Part shown: piece by piece, positions 52,201 through 64,000 of the stretch | Position numbering within the stretch: position 1 is the stretch's first letter | Layout of the letters: each line of letters opens with the position of its first letter | From: Haliotis cracherodii | Lineage: Eukaryota | Assembly: GCF_022045235.1 (NCBI RefSeq) | Contig: NW_027266275.1 | Coordinates: forward strand, 77,190,001 to 77,254,000 | DNA length: 64,000 bases | Direction: 5' to 3' | Program-made: the position numbers and the translations under genes | The notes under the pieces: generated by a model | Told to the model about the DNA's origin: nothing | What the model saw: the letters and a program-made list of their open reading frames with translations, nothing else | Databases searched by the model: none

Positions 52201-54385
52201 GGGTTAACATCACTTATTTCTCTATATGTTATATGTGTATGTTATATGTTCACACTGCTCGTTTATTTTCTTGTGAAAATGCCTGTTTGTGAATCATTGT
52301 TGTGCGTGCGTTGTAACCATGTTTTGCTCTTTGTTCTTAGAATAAAAAAATGTCTGACGTGGAAATGTCCCTGGTTTCAACCCCCTCTACCCCTGCTCCT
52401 CGGAGTTGCGGGATCTCAGTGAGCTAGCACTATAAATTGGCATCAGTCTGGACTAGTACATGTACAAGCAGCCACACAAACATACAAATGTACATGCATG
52501 TTGCTATATATAAGTGCAATAATCTTGGACGCGACGTTAAACACAATTTCACCTCACCTATTACTACTTACTGACTTTTATTAACATGATTAGTAATTAA
52601 ATAGTTTGGTTTACAGGACAATAATTCAACAACTGTATCATTCATGATTATCATTTGCTCATCATACTGTTGCACAAATCATACATTACAAAATAAGGCA
52701 TATCAAAGTCAATACAACTATTTAGACCAGTGATGCTGTTCAGATTGCTTGGAAAATATAAAAAAATGTAATACCTCTTTTAGAGCTTCTGTTGTCACCT
52801 TGGAGACAACATCCTGAACTTTAGAAGAAGAGGGTCTGGAAAACAGGAAAATATAAAGGATGAGAATGAACATGAAATTGAAAAATATATCAGAAACATA
52901 AAAGCAAAGATCATGGGAGTGAATTGGTGTTTAATTAGGGTTTTATCAGTCTTGTGATTTCCACTTGCATGGAGTCAGGGAAATACATTGAAAAAATACA
53001 TGAAAGATCTGACGTCCAAGTAATGAGAGTAACATTGTGAACACATTAACACCATACCTTGCCAGTTAAATGGTATTGAACACAATGTGCCTGTTTAGAA
53101 GACTCAAGCAGTGATAGAAACTAACATTTTAGTCCACTAGTCCTTCTACTCAGTTGACGATGTAACATGTACGTGAGACAGGTTTTGTTACTTGTAAGAG
53201 TAACTATCTGACTGCATGTGCATGGACAACGGATTTCTGGACAAAAACGGGTCTACAATAATGATAACATGATGATGATAACATATAAGAAAACCCTTAA
53301 ATATTGCAAATGTCTACTTGTCCTTATACCTGTTGGGCAGTTTGGCAAGGACTATAGGACTAGTGCCAATTTCTATCACTGATGTGTCATCAAGTTCTAG
53401 GTTGGGAAGAATGTTTAAAAGGGTGTCATCAAGTTCTAGGTTGGGAAGAATGTTTAAAAGGGTGTCATCAAGTTCTAGGTTGGGAAGAATGTTTAAAAGG
53501 GTGTCATCAAGTTCTAGGTTGGGAAGAATGTTTAAAAGGGTGTCATCAAGTTCTAGGTTGGGAAGAATGTTTAAAAGGGTGTCATCATGTTTTGTACTGA
53601 GAAGGATGTTTCAGGGGGTGTCATCAAGTTCAATGTTTGTCATTATCTGTACAATACTGAACATCGGGCAATTCTTCTACCCTTAAGACACAGCACGAGT
53701 GTTATGGATTGTAAACAAACAGCAGAGGCAATCACTTCATTATATGCACTACATGTTAAATACACTGTTATTTATGTTTGTTAGCCAAGTAGTAATGGAA
53801 CATTGTGAAATGAAAAGTATGTCATCCACAGACTTTCACAATGGCAGATGCCATGCTGGGTTGTTTGTTTGGTTTTTGTTTAACCCTGCACTCAACAATA
53901 TTTCTATATGACGGCGGTCTGTAAATTATCAAGTCTGGACCAGACAATCCAGTGATTGGTATCATACGCATCGATCTAGGCAATTTGGATTCGAGGACCA
54001 CGCAATCCCGTTAGTCTTTAATATTTTCAAACCTAAGTCCTTGCTTATTAGGTTGGACAGTGTGAAATCCACTTGCCAAAAATTCTTTAACCTTACTTAT
54101 TTTTTGTGAGAATCAGACGGAAAGAAAGGTAACAGCAGTAAGATGTACCTAGCTCTTACATTATTTACTGTGATAATCAGAAAGTCAGTCTCTTGGAAAA
54201 TAAATTCATCACTATCTCCGTCGCCCATTTGTCATAAATGTTACCTTTGACACAGATCTGGACACCATTATTATTGAAAAAAGAACATGCATAGTTTCAG
54301 ATTTAAAGCTATAAACAAATGCAAGATATTTTCGTAAATATATCCGCAATGAGTTCACAACAAACCTTTCCTGCTTGTCCGCCAT
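34223..54385 (-). CDS. CCDC40: Coiled-coil domain-containing protein 40 (axonemal 96-nm ruler), 20 exons
   Basis: Exons 54385-54366, 52835-52775, 51446-51341, 50600-50097, 47168-47118, 46615-46329, 45977-45894, 45687-45468, 44797-44640, 44487-44347, 44258-44155, 43795-43552, 43151-42969, 42341-42096, 41582-41369, 40838-40577, 38471-38283, 38007-37887, 36293-36135, 34471-34223; phases consistent throughout. Hallmarks [63 protein letters not shown] and [11 protein letters not shown]. Exons 1-5 rest on phase and composition only. Confidence 0.92.
35607..35999. mobile_element. hAT-like MITE
   Basis: TIR tagggctgggacg / cgtcccagcccta; degenerate 8-bp TSD cgctgaac / cgttgagc. Confidence 0.7.
36527..36961. 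repeat. 57-bp minisatellite, ~7.5 copies, inside a family B retroposon (~36379-36988, -)
   Basis: Unit cctgaccacatgatatacttggtcatctcttatgacctgcatgagctgctggga..., a diverged version of the family B segment cctgaccacccgatcccgttagtcgcctcttacgacaagcatgggttgctgaagacct. Confidence 0.9.
37296..37685 (-). mobile_element. Family A SINE with internal ~115-bp duplication and TSD
   Basis: gtcagctcaatgtgg...ctgacaaacctggaaacaaaatt occurs twice; TSD agcactgttcga at 37284-37295 and 37686-37697. Confidence 0.85.
38556..40576. repeat. 38-bp minisatellite, ~53 copies, filling CCDC40 intron 16, derived from the exon 16/donor junction
   Basis: Unit ctgtctctactcaggctgttaagtagcctccctaccac; period checked at 39001/39039. 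Confidence 0.97.
41229..41328. repeat. 20-bp tandem repeat x5, CCDC40 intron 15
   Basis: gttaaagattatatccaaca repeated. Confidence 0.9.
41757..42105. repeat. 50-bp minisatellite, ~7 copies, each containing the CCDC40 exon 14 donor junction
   Basis: Unit ccccagcagagacatgtccagtagacatcaccccaagtattgagaactta; starts at 41821, 41871, 41921, 41971, 42021. Confidence 0.95.
44818..45215. repeat. (TGAG)n microsatellite with gttgttca interruptions
   Basis: Direct reading; source of the THSL-repeat ORFs. Confidence 0.95.
46798..47072 (+). mobile_element. Full-length family A SINE with TSD
   Basis: Collinear with the reverse complement of 4443-4722; TSD tcacactctcac at 46786-46797 and 47073-47084. Confidence 0.88.
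50417..50597 (-). repeat. Coding 33-bp repeat ([10 protein letters not shown][D/A]) x~5.5 in CCDC40 exon 4
   Basis: gctgatgttggacgtgaatcagccttaggggta repeated in frame. Confidence 0.9.
51589..52557 (+). mobile_element. Composite SINE carrying a ~590-bp LTR-like insert between two copies of its 3' segment
   Basis: 16-bp TSD ctattactacttactg at 51573-51588 and 52558-52573; 51691-51819 repeated at 52413-52549; insert starts TGT (51820) and has AATAAA at 52341. Confidence 0.7.
53110..53381. mobile_element. MITE with cagtgatagaaa TIRs; shorter inverted relative at 63574-63703
   Basis: cagtgatagaaa...tttctatcactg; shared internal ttgggcagtttggcaaggactataggactagtg. Confidence 0.7.
53383..53630. 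repeat. 39-bp minisatellite x~6 directly after the MITE, CCDC40 intron 1
   Basis: gtgtcatcaagttctaggttgggaagaatgtttaaaagg repeated. Confidence 0.93.
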
Positions 54386-54492
54386 ACTGTAAATTGTTGC
54401 TATGCGTCAACAACAACCTGTTGTGGAATTGTGGGTAAAACTGTCGAACCAATAGAAATCGTCGTTACAACATTCACTGGGAATTATTCAAG
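54386..54492. promoter_or_regulatory. Compact bidirectional promoter region with RFX X-box-like site and CCAAT box
   Basis: gttgctatgcgtcaac at 54396-54411 and ccaat at 54449-54453, between the CCDC40 ATG (54385, -) and aagATGgtggcg (54493, +). Confidence 0.5.
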
Positions 54493-54512
54493 ATGGTGGC
54501 GTGTGACAGACG
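54493..54512 (+). other. Probable first exon end of an unidentified divergent gene (MVACDR.. or 5'-UTR)
   Basis: aagatggtggcg followed by a consensus donor cg|gtaagt at 54513; no downstream exon identified with confidence before the window ends. Confidence 0.5.
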
Positions 54513-57029
54513 GTAAGTAGTCGAACGCCGATTTTCTAATACAAAGTTTGTTTGCGCCCTCATTGTGTTATCAGCGATTTTTCAAGACATTTAGAAATTA
54601 TGTTAAATATTTTTCTGTTCAATTCATCATAAGTATGTGTATATATGTGTGAATTTGCCGCTTTGGCGACAATACTGTGTGTTGTTTTTATTCCTTATCC
54701 GCCCCCGTCAATGCTGACTTGTTTGACATCAATGGGCAGTTAGATGAGAATGCTACATTTTTTTTATTTAACTCGGAGCTTTCGAATTCTTAACTTCGGG
54801 AATCTAAACTGTTTACTATGTCTGTTCAGAGGGAAATAGGCACTGTTGAACGGGCCAATCAGTTCATGTAGCTTGGAAATATTTTCACCCCAAGCACAAT
54901 TGTTGTGTTATGCTACTGCTAGGTGCAAAGATTATAACTTGTGTTTACATTGCAAGGTATTCAAGCTGGTAAATTAAAGATTGGACCCCAGCCAATATGT
55001 AGTTTCAGTAAGTTGAATTAGGTCATTCAAACAACACTTTACACATCTGCTGATGTTATGATGAAGATCAATCTACCAGGCACTGAATAATCCATTTCCC
55101 TAGTATTACAGAGAGACAATGTCCCAGTTTCGCACAGGAATCTATTACTATATCTAGACCTGCACGAAAATTGGAAACCAAACTTTGTAGCCAAGTCACC
55201 ATTTATGTGTCACTTAGTGAATTACTTAGTGGAATAACAGTAGGTTGTGTTGAAACAACATTCATATTGATGATGATGATCACATCAGCTCTGTTACCAA
55301 TGTAGAGTACTCATCATAGGTTTCAACACTTATTATCTATCTGTTTAGGAGATTCAACACCCGTAACATTTGAATATTAGTCTAGAAACTCTACCTTCAA
55401 ATATGTTATTGGCCAGTTTCAACAAAAATGAAAACAACAGCATAATACTTATAAATACCTATCAAAAACTCATGTACTATACTGTTAAAATACTCTTTGC
55501 TATTTGAGAATGTAACAAATATGTCACAAAATAACCAATGTATTTTTTATTTAATCATAATTATTTGTGTTTAGTCTTCTACCTTGTTTTGGTCAGTCTA
55601 TTGTATTGGACAGGTATCAGCCTGTTCATTAGAAGTCCACTCAACCATGACCTTATGTGATTATTAGCTGTCTGACAAGTTGGGTGTCTGACAAATGAGG
55701 AGACACCTGATATCGCTGTTGTAACAGCTTAATTAACCTTTGACTTTTAAGCCGACAATCAATTACCTTAATTGCAAATGAGACTTTATGATTCACTGCT
55801 CACATGTCTTTCTATCAGGTTTAATTTGTCTGTTTACATTCCACTATAATGTACCCTGTAAGCTGCTAAATTGTTACTGGCAATACCCTTTGTCTTATAT
55901 AATTAGGATAATTGACAAGTATTTTGATTACCCCAAACAATGTGTTGAAATGATTTAATCTGATAAAATATAATTTCCGAAGGGATAAAGAAAATACAAA
56001 TGTCTGCTAGCTGGAGCAGAATGTTGTTGACAATGCTAATTTTAAAAATGTTAACTAGTTCCCAGCACTTCTGAACATGTCTATATATTTTCTAATCCCC
56101 ATGAAATACCAAAAGTTTCAGATGAACAGGGTTTCACTGTAAATATTCTAACCCTCACTCTACATGGACACTTGCGAAACCGGTTCCTGTGTATACAATT
56201 ACTATTTGGTGCTGATGAAGTTCTTGTTGATTGCTGATTTCATTATGTAAATTGGATTATTGAGGTTGCCACTTTACACAAAGGGTAGTTTCCTACCTAC
56301 CATACACTGCTTACACAATTTGTCAATCTACCCTGTCAGAATATTTATCAATCTACTTACCTGATAAAGAACAAAATGTTTGTGAAATTGAACCTTACTT
56401 TTAAATACTAACTATCATGCTTATTTCTTGTCCTGTATTAAATTATCGGACATTTGGAAATATGTTGTTCTTCATCAGGAATCAAAGTTTGTCATATGAA
56501 CCTCTATGGGTTTGGATCCATCTGCTTTATGAGAGCAAGGAACCAGTTATTTAATTTTATTGCTCTTTCAAATTGACTGAGGAGAGGTGAAAACTGCCAG
56601 AGTACTGATCCACCTGACAAGTTGACAGAGTGATAGACAAGTCCTGAATTCTTTTCCATTGTATCAACTGAAAAGGCTGGTAATTGGTGACTAACTTTCA
56701 GTATGAATACAATACTTATATTTAGTCTATATGTGATCATGGTGATACAAGGAAAGAATTACCAACTATTGTAATGCTAGATATAGAATGGAAATTGTTT
56801 AAACATCTGTGACAAACGTCCTTGTTGTCGCATCAGCGAATAGGGATAAACATATTCTGGGAAGTTTTAAGTGTTCTACTTTTAGTTCATCTTTACAATA
56901 TAAACCAGTGTCCCCTGACATTAAAATCATATACATTTGTATGCATATTAAAAAACTGAGGAATTGCATGAGGGGAGGTGAAATGGAGTTTAACATTGCA
57001 TTATACAGTTATAGATTATTTTCACTTCA

Positions 57030-57269
57030 TTTTGTTCGTTGTTTAATGCCACACTTAACAGTATTCCAGTTATATGACAGCTGTCTGTAAATAATCGAGT
57101 CTGGACCAGACAATCCAGTGACTGACGTCATGAGCATTGATCTACACATTTGGGATACAATGACATGCGTCAACCAAGTCAGTGAGTCTGACCACCTGAT
57201 CCTGTTAGTCACCTTTTTTGGTAAGCATGGGTTGCTGAAGATCTATTCTAACCTGGATCTTCACGGGTC
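57030..57269 (-). mobile_element. Full-length family B retroposon
   Basis: Ends ggatcttcacgggtc; flanked by ttcactt direct repeats. Confidence 0.85.
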
Positions 57270-57489
57270 TTCACTTATGTAGTGATGTGGATGTATGTTT
57301 GTATGGCTGCTTACAATGCCATTTATTGCCAGAGGATGATGGGGAATTGTTGCTTTGTGACAGTAGTATTCATTGGGAGACAATACATGGCACTATTGCA
57401 GAAATGGCAAGTAAACAGGCATCATAAGGTAGGGGAACTTATTCAGACAAATTGCTAATGATTTCAACAATCAGTTTGTATGATGAACA

Positions 57490-58010
57490 CGGGAGATGGT
57501 ACTATGGATATACAACATTTTTATTACAATTGATACAATGTTTCGATGTAGATATTAACACCATGATCAAGCAAGTGATGTGCAGTTAAGTGAAGAAACT
57601 GTGTGCATTTCACGTACAGCTGCAGGGTGAAGAAGTTGCACCCACTGAATCTTCATGACAAATTCAGGAGTTTGTTTTATGATGAGGCAGAGACCATATA
57701 CAGAGGGACAGGCGTCAGCAGTAGATTATCACTTATGGCCACTGCTGTGCCCATGAGTGAAATTGATACATTGGGTCGTCCTGCTGCTTTTCTCCTGCCA
57801 GTGGTCAAGACTCATGTGCAGATGCTCTTATTTGAGGACTTCCATAGTCTGGTAAATAATCTTACACAATGCTTGAATGCTGAGAGTTCATTCCCTTCGC
57901 TTCCCCTCAAGTGCACATGCTGACATAACAATGATATTTCAAGTATTAGGCTGAGCGCAGTTAAAATCAGATATACTTTCTGATGGATGCCCTTTTCAAA
58001 ACACCCAAAT
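57490..58010 (-). mobile_element. Possible decayed Penelope-like element 3' end
   Basis: Minus strand CFEKGIHQKVY..SL resembles the WFERGVKEAIY..SLN end of Penelope GIY-YIG domains as recalled; distal cttgatcatgg..cgaaacattg..aataaa resembles Penelope termini. Confidence 0.3.
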
Positions 58011-58844
58011 AAATAAGAAATAAATTATGCAACCACAAAGAAATATAATAAATCTTCCAATTGACACCTGTAAAAGAACTTTGTTTCATATTTAATGGAG
58101 TATTTACTTGCAGGCGACATTTTCTTTTTGTGAGATAGAACAGTGGGACGTGGTACAATCTAACCGTTCGTTAATTCGCAAGAATGTTAATGTATACATA
58201 TAGTTACTTATATGTAATAAACGTCCTTTAACAATTAGGAAAACTAACATAACTCAACTTATGTAAAGTGTTGGACAGCTGATTAGTCTATTCACGAAAA
58301 GTCTCTCATGTAAATCTTCAAATCAAGTCTTGTGTGAAAGTGCTGCTGGGTCTCGCACAGCAGTGATCGGTCTCCCAGCTAGTCCTGAGGCCGGTTCTGT
58401 GGTATATGGTCTCTGGATGAGGTTATGAGGCCAGTCCTTGTACCCTTTGCACATAGGATTGATTTCAGTTTGAATTCCAACAGGATAATGCCCATCCAAA
58501 CAAAGCTTGTCTTTCAATGGATATTTCGAGAAATGGGAACACCTGTATGCTGCCTTGGTCAATTATGTCTTGACTTTAACTCTCAACCCCCTTTGATATC
58601 ACATGCACCAATGTCCTGTAGCGCTTCACAATCATGACCAACCCTTCGCAGCTCTCCAAGAAAAGTGGCCCAGGTTCCCCGTGCTACCATGATGTCATGC
58701 AGTTGCCTCATGCTAACACTTATGCCAGTCGATCAATCAATGATCAGTAAGTGGTCAGACAACCAATGAACATTTAGACCAAATAGGTCTCTTAACTGGA
58801 GTGACGAAAAAACAATTCTGCTTAACATATCTCCCACTGAAGTC

Positions 58845-58956
58845 AGGGCCCCGTTCCACAAAGCGATCGTAGCGCTAAGATGATCGTAACTCCCATACTT
58901 TATCATCAGCTTATGACAGCTGTAGCGCTATGATCGCTTTGTGGAACGGGGCCCTG
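58845..58956. mobile_element. ~110-bp palindromic MITE; relatives near 2032-2155, 27871-27987, 30103-30144, 45290-45390, 49955-50066
   Basis: cagggccccgttccacaaagcgatcgtagcgcta / tagcgctatgatcgctttgtggaacggggccctg near-perfect inverted repeat. Confidence 0.85.
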
Positions 58957-61594
58957 GACTGGATAATATATTGTGATACACAGTCACTGTATTGCTGGTA
59001 TTGATGAAGTTTGTTGAAACTGCTGTGGATTGAATTTTTTTAGAATATACTATGATGCGTTTGCTTCCAAATTTGTCCATAAAAATTGAAAACTGTGACT
59101 TAATCATTCAAATGTATCTCTTAAACATCGTGAATGTCAACAGTCTTTTCAACTTCCGGTTACTTGTAAACATTTTCTGACTGCTGCACGTGGCAAACAC
59201 GCTGCCTTCTGTGTGAAGCAAATGACTTAATTGTTACTAATTAAACAAGAGGGTGAACCTGGAGCAATAGTCATTGTATAATGAACTGTCACTTCTAAGT
59301 AATTCAAAAGTCCATATTGATAAGATTTCATTTGATACGGGATACGGTCAGAGACCCAAATAATATATTTTATGCCAACAAACTGTAATACCATTTACAA
59401 CAGTTGCTATTTCATGTCATGACACTATATATATTGAATTACTGGATGTCTGGAAGAATGTTTTTATGGTTACTGTCAACATTTTCATTCATAAATTTAA
59501 ATTCTTTTCTATATGAACACAGTGAGAAAGTATGTCAGCAAATTCAACCTGTCAACCATTACGAGTGACGTCTTACACAATAACCTATGACCTTGCATGA
59601 AACATCACAAGATTGTGTACACAGCACATGGTCTATGAACTGCTTTGTGGGCATGAGAACAGACTTGTTTACGTTTTTATTTCCGGGAATTGATTTTAAT
59701 CTGATACACATGATAGGAGTAGACATTATTTACAGTAAAGTTATACAATAAAACTGCTGCCATTCACTTGTGGTAGGAAATGTTACCTGCACTGGGTGCA
59801 ACCTGACAATAAAGGTTACCTGCACTGGTGCAGCTTGGATATAGCGAAATCAATTCCTGGTATAGCATGGCTCTGTAATTTTACACATAAACCAAGAGTG
59901 TATCACATATGTAACACACTATTTGTTAAGCACTTGCAATTAGCTATGGCTTTTTAACTTATTCTTTGATAATTTTAGTTTATTTTGTTGACTCAGTGGT
60001 TTATTATCTTCTAAGCAGTTTGAAACAGTTGTTATATTCTATTGTTGTAGCAACACATAATTGGAGAATAATCAATTGCAGTTGTTGCTGGAGATATGTC
60101 ATGTTACTCATGGATTTTTGTGGATCATTGACGAGCGTAATGAAAATGTTCATTGATCTTCTCAATATTGCAATACTACACCTACTGACAGAAGAAATTC
60201 ATGTTAGCTTTTGATGTTTTTTTCATGTAGTAATTTGTCATAATTTCACGGCACATCTGTCGTGTTGGATTATTGATAAACAGGTAAAGATAAACATATC
60301 TTGAAATTGGATGCTTTGTTTTTTTCATGACAGTGCCAGAAAAAGAATCGTGTGTAACCAATTGACGTCGAGATGATGAGTCTGTTTTTATGAAAACAAG
60401 AGTAAAGCTTATCAATTGAACTGATTCTTAGATTCATATTTGGCAATGGAATCGGTCAAGTATTTTCATTTAGATTTCTGTATTGTATTTTTGTATGAAC
60501 ATGATCAGAATATCATCAATAATTCTGATAGAATAAGAAAATAAGAAATCCATGCAAAACTTACTTTTTTTGTTATATATACTATGTACATCTCGTATTA
60601 TCATGAGTATTGCATATGTTGTATTACGAGATGAATATGACTGAATATGTCAAGTTTTGTATTGTAACATATCTAGTATATATCTAGTGCAACGGAATCT
60701 GGAAAATGTACAGTAAACAAAAGTTGAATCATATCGACATGGTTAATGCATAGTACAATGTCATCTCATTCCACATGACTCAAGACAGTTCATGACAAAT
60801 GACAGGAAATATTAAAAATAGTTCCACGTAAACATGTTAAAAGCAGATAAACATGGTCATATGGTGAACTATTCTCAACAAGACAGGTTTGTCTATGCAT
60901 TTATACCAGGTGGGAGGCAACATTGGGAAATAGGGAAATATGTATTTCGTTCAAATTTCCGATACTGTATCATGATAATGATGATGCATGCATGCAATGT
61001 GTAAAGCTAAGTATCTTGTCTAGTTTATCATTCCAGTTATAAGTGAAATACAAGTCACATTTGCAAAGCTTAAATATTTATTGTTATGATAATTGTGGTA
61101 ATGATAACGTGAATTGAGAATAATTTTATGCAAATTTGGGGCTTGATACAACATTTTGCCAGCAGAGCACAACATATTGCTGAGTATCATGTACAAGTAT
61201 GATCTTGTCCCTTTTCTCAAGTGTGACATTTTCCATATTAGTTTGTTTTTAGCCAAGTGTCAGAGTTTTGCCACAACAGCTGTGTGTACTGTGTGGTGTA
61301 TGTGTATTCATAGCCAATCAGTCAATAGTGGTGCGGCCAGTTGACAAATGCAGCAGCAGAATATGCTGTAACATGCTGGAAAAATATATCTGTAGTATAT
61401 AAACATTTCAGGCTGTCAGCATAAACCACGAAATTTATCTTTCAACTCAAATAATATTCTAATAAGAGCCCCCTATTTCTAATTTCGAGAGTGCCCTGGG
61501 TGCTTATTATGTCGAATATGGTATTATATGTCAGAATAAATGACTGAAAATATTCGACACTTGCCTACTTGCCAGTAGCAATCTGCACTTATGA

Positions 61595-62070
61595 AAGGTA
61601 TACATCCATATATGTATAGTACACAGGTCACAAATCAGGTGACGTTAAGCAAGTTTGGTCATGGAGAGTAGTTGGATGGGTGACAGTGTTGGCAGCTTGA
61701 CTCATAGAGTCATAGAGAGTTTCTAAGGCTTGGTCCTACCCCACACGGAATCACATGTAGCACATGTACTGATGTAGCACATGTAGCATGTGGTGTCTCC
61801 TTTGGTGAATGACTTTGTTCTAGATATGTGGCTAATCACGCAGCAGTGAATGGGTACCCGGGAGGATGAAATAGCAATGTGACTGTTAACCTTCTAGTAG
61901 ACTACATCAAGTTCTTAGTAAGTGCCTCACAGGCAGCTTTGGTTGTATACTCCCCAGAGAGTTGAGAATGCAAATCGAATGCTCACTAATCTACTGACCA
62001 GGGTAATAATAATGTTGCCCCATCATCATTAACTTGGGGAATTTGGCACATTATAAAGGGATTTATTATC
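61595..62070 (+). mobile_element. Old 5S rRNA-derived SINE (SINE3-like)
   Basis: 61634-61684 atcaggtgacgttaagcaagtttggtcatggagagtagttggatgggtgac aligns by eye to the 5S internal control region; followed by a non-5S body (gtgaatgggtacc) and an AT-rich tail. Confidence 0.5.
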
Positions 62071-62993
62071 CTTTGGGCAAGTGTAAACTTGTTATTTATA
62101 GTTTGCCTAAATATGTTGTCATTATTGGGATGAGTTCTAAGCAAGTTGAATTGTTAACATGTAAATGTGTTTCATGTTGCAGAGAATTGTTAATGTTTAC
62201 TTGTTAAAGAATGCAGCTTTCTTAACAATCTGTAGCTGTCTTGTATAGATCCGTAAAAGTTTTTTGGCAGGCCTTAACGGATATCAAAATGTCATATTGT
62301 TTAATCTTTAGTCACAACACAAATGTGTTACTTTGTGTTACCATGTTGAGAGTCTGATGGTGATCAGAAGATAGATCTAATCATCACCCCTAAATGTTTC
62401 ACCCAAAATAAGTCTTGCAGTGATTAATTTGTTACATGTAACACTTGTGGGATGCACAGGATTTTACAGACTAATCACTCTGACATGGGTTTCACACCCC
62501 TCGACCTTTCGGCCTCATGGCGTACATGCCCATTCAGCTTGTACAATCCAATACAGCCCGCAAGTGACACATGTATCTCAGCGCAAGTGACACATGTATC
62601 TCAGCGTAATCCCTGTAATGTGAGTGTTGAGGATATGTTCTGGATGGCTGCAGCATCCTGACTCCAGCTGTTGCACAGTGTGTTGTAATGCTTTATGTGT
62701 CTTCAATTGCTCTATGTATGTAGTATGTGTAATGGGGTTGGATTACCGTTGATTATAATGATGCTGATACACCTTGTGTCATGTGTATGAACTTAAGAAG
62801 GCATGTGGCAGGTACCTGGTGGCCCAGTTGGCAAATGTTGCTGTAATAAGCATGCCAGATGTAACATCTTGAGACCTGTATCACTTTGTCGAGTTTGAAC
62901 TTGCATGCCACATTAACATGATTTAGCTAACATGCCGTGACATTTTTAAGATCCAACTAATTCTCTCAACATGCTCAATGACTAAATTACTGC

Positions 62994-63178
62994 TACAGTG
63001 GAGACACGCTTATCTGGACCCCAGATATCCAGAAACCTCGCCTACCGGACGATATTTACTACATAAAATGCTTTATTTAGCCGGAATCCTGGTTCCCCGG
63101 ATCCAGAGAGTCTGGATTCATATATCCAGACCGTATTTGAGAATATGCAAGTGTTCTAATAAACAAGGTTTGACTGTA
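62994..63178. mobile_element. Tc1/mariner-pogo-type MITE remnant
   Basis: tacagtgg...gactgta ends with TA flanks; similar tacagtg starts at 2940 and 23626. Confidence 0.45.
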
Positions 63179-64000
63179 TATCCAAAGCATGAATAGCTAT
63201 ATGTGCAATATTTGCTGCTGTCTGCTTGCCTTGGCTGGAAGTGAAAGAGCTGAAGTATGTACATGATGTAGGCCAGAGTAACAGCTGTTGTGGCACATCA
63301 GACAGATAATTGTATTACCATTTTAATGTATTCACAACAGTATCATAGGTACCGGTATTCCAGCATTTGTTTCATGCCTGTAGTATTAAGTATAATAATT
63401 TAATGGCAAATTCATTAGTTCTGAGTATTCTGTTAGTGGGAGTAAATTTATTGGAATTGTATCACAAATACAGTCCTGGCTAGGCAGTTTAGGTTTCTGG
63501 ACACAAAAGTCTCTTTTCATCTTTTCTGACTGCGTGCATGTTGGATGTCATTAAATAAACAAAAGAGCCTTTGCAGTGTTAGAAATTAGCACTAGTCCTA
63601 TAGTCCTTGCCAAACTGCCCAATTGTAAAGGTATCCTAAGGACTAGTAGAAATTTGATGTTTTTAAAGGACTAGTGGACTGAAACTGTTAGTTTCTACCG
63701 CTGCTTTGCTGAACAGTCAACTCAGGCTTTGGACATGGACGAGTTGCTAATGTCAGTAACTCAGTTTGATGTTGAATGCAGCACTTCACAATATTCCAGC
63801 TACATGACTTCATTGTAAATGACAATGTTTTAACCGGACATACCAGTGATTGATATTATGAACAATGTTCCACATTGATGGGGGTACGATGACATGTTAT
63901 CAACCAACGTTCAAGCCAATGACCCGGGTTCGATTCCCGACATGGGTACAATGTGTGAAGCCCATTAGTGGTGTCCCCCGCCGTGATATTGCTGGAATAT

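Noticed and set aside
58323-58637. Overlapping 79-aa and 70-aa ORFs
   Set aside because: No recognisable domain or supported splice structure; possibly a transposon relic.
61634-61684. Functional 5S rRNA gene
   Set aside because: Only a diverged central part matches, and it continues into repeat-like sequence.

Overview
Intron-rich, AT-rich animal genomic DNA; the SINE tails and gene content suggest a mollusc, possibly a gastropod such as abalone (inference only). No prokaryotic operons or CRISPR arrays. Gene models were built by hand from GT..AG junctions with consistent phases: TSR3 (-, 3' end runs off the window), GNPTG (+, 8 exons, head-to-head with TSR3), ERCC1 (-, 12 coding exons), a single-exon RhmD/L-rhamnonate dehydratase-family gene (+), CCDC40 (-, 20 exons), and the probable first exon of an unidentified + strand gene facing away from CCDC40. 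The rest is SINEs, MITEs, minisatellites and one 150-N gap; the long low-complexity ORFs in the track are satellite artefacts. Best leads: (1) the intact single-exon sugar-acid dehydratase of a mainly microbial family; (2) intronic minisatellites built from their own exon/donor junctions in CCDC40; (3) a non-tRNA retroposon with a fixed, foldable 5' head; (4) the TSR3-GNPTG divergent pair, also seen in human, with a perfect CLEAR box; (5) an RPxS motif array in the CCDC40 N-terminus.
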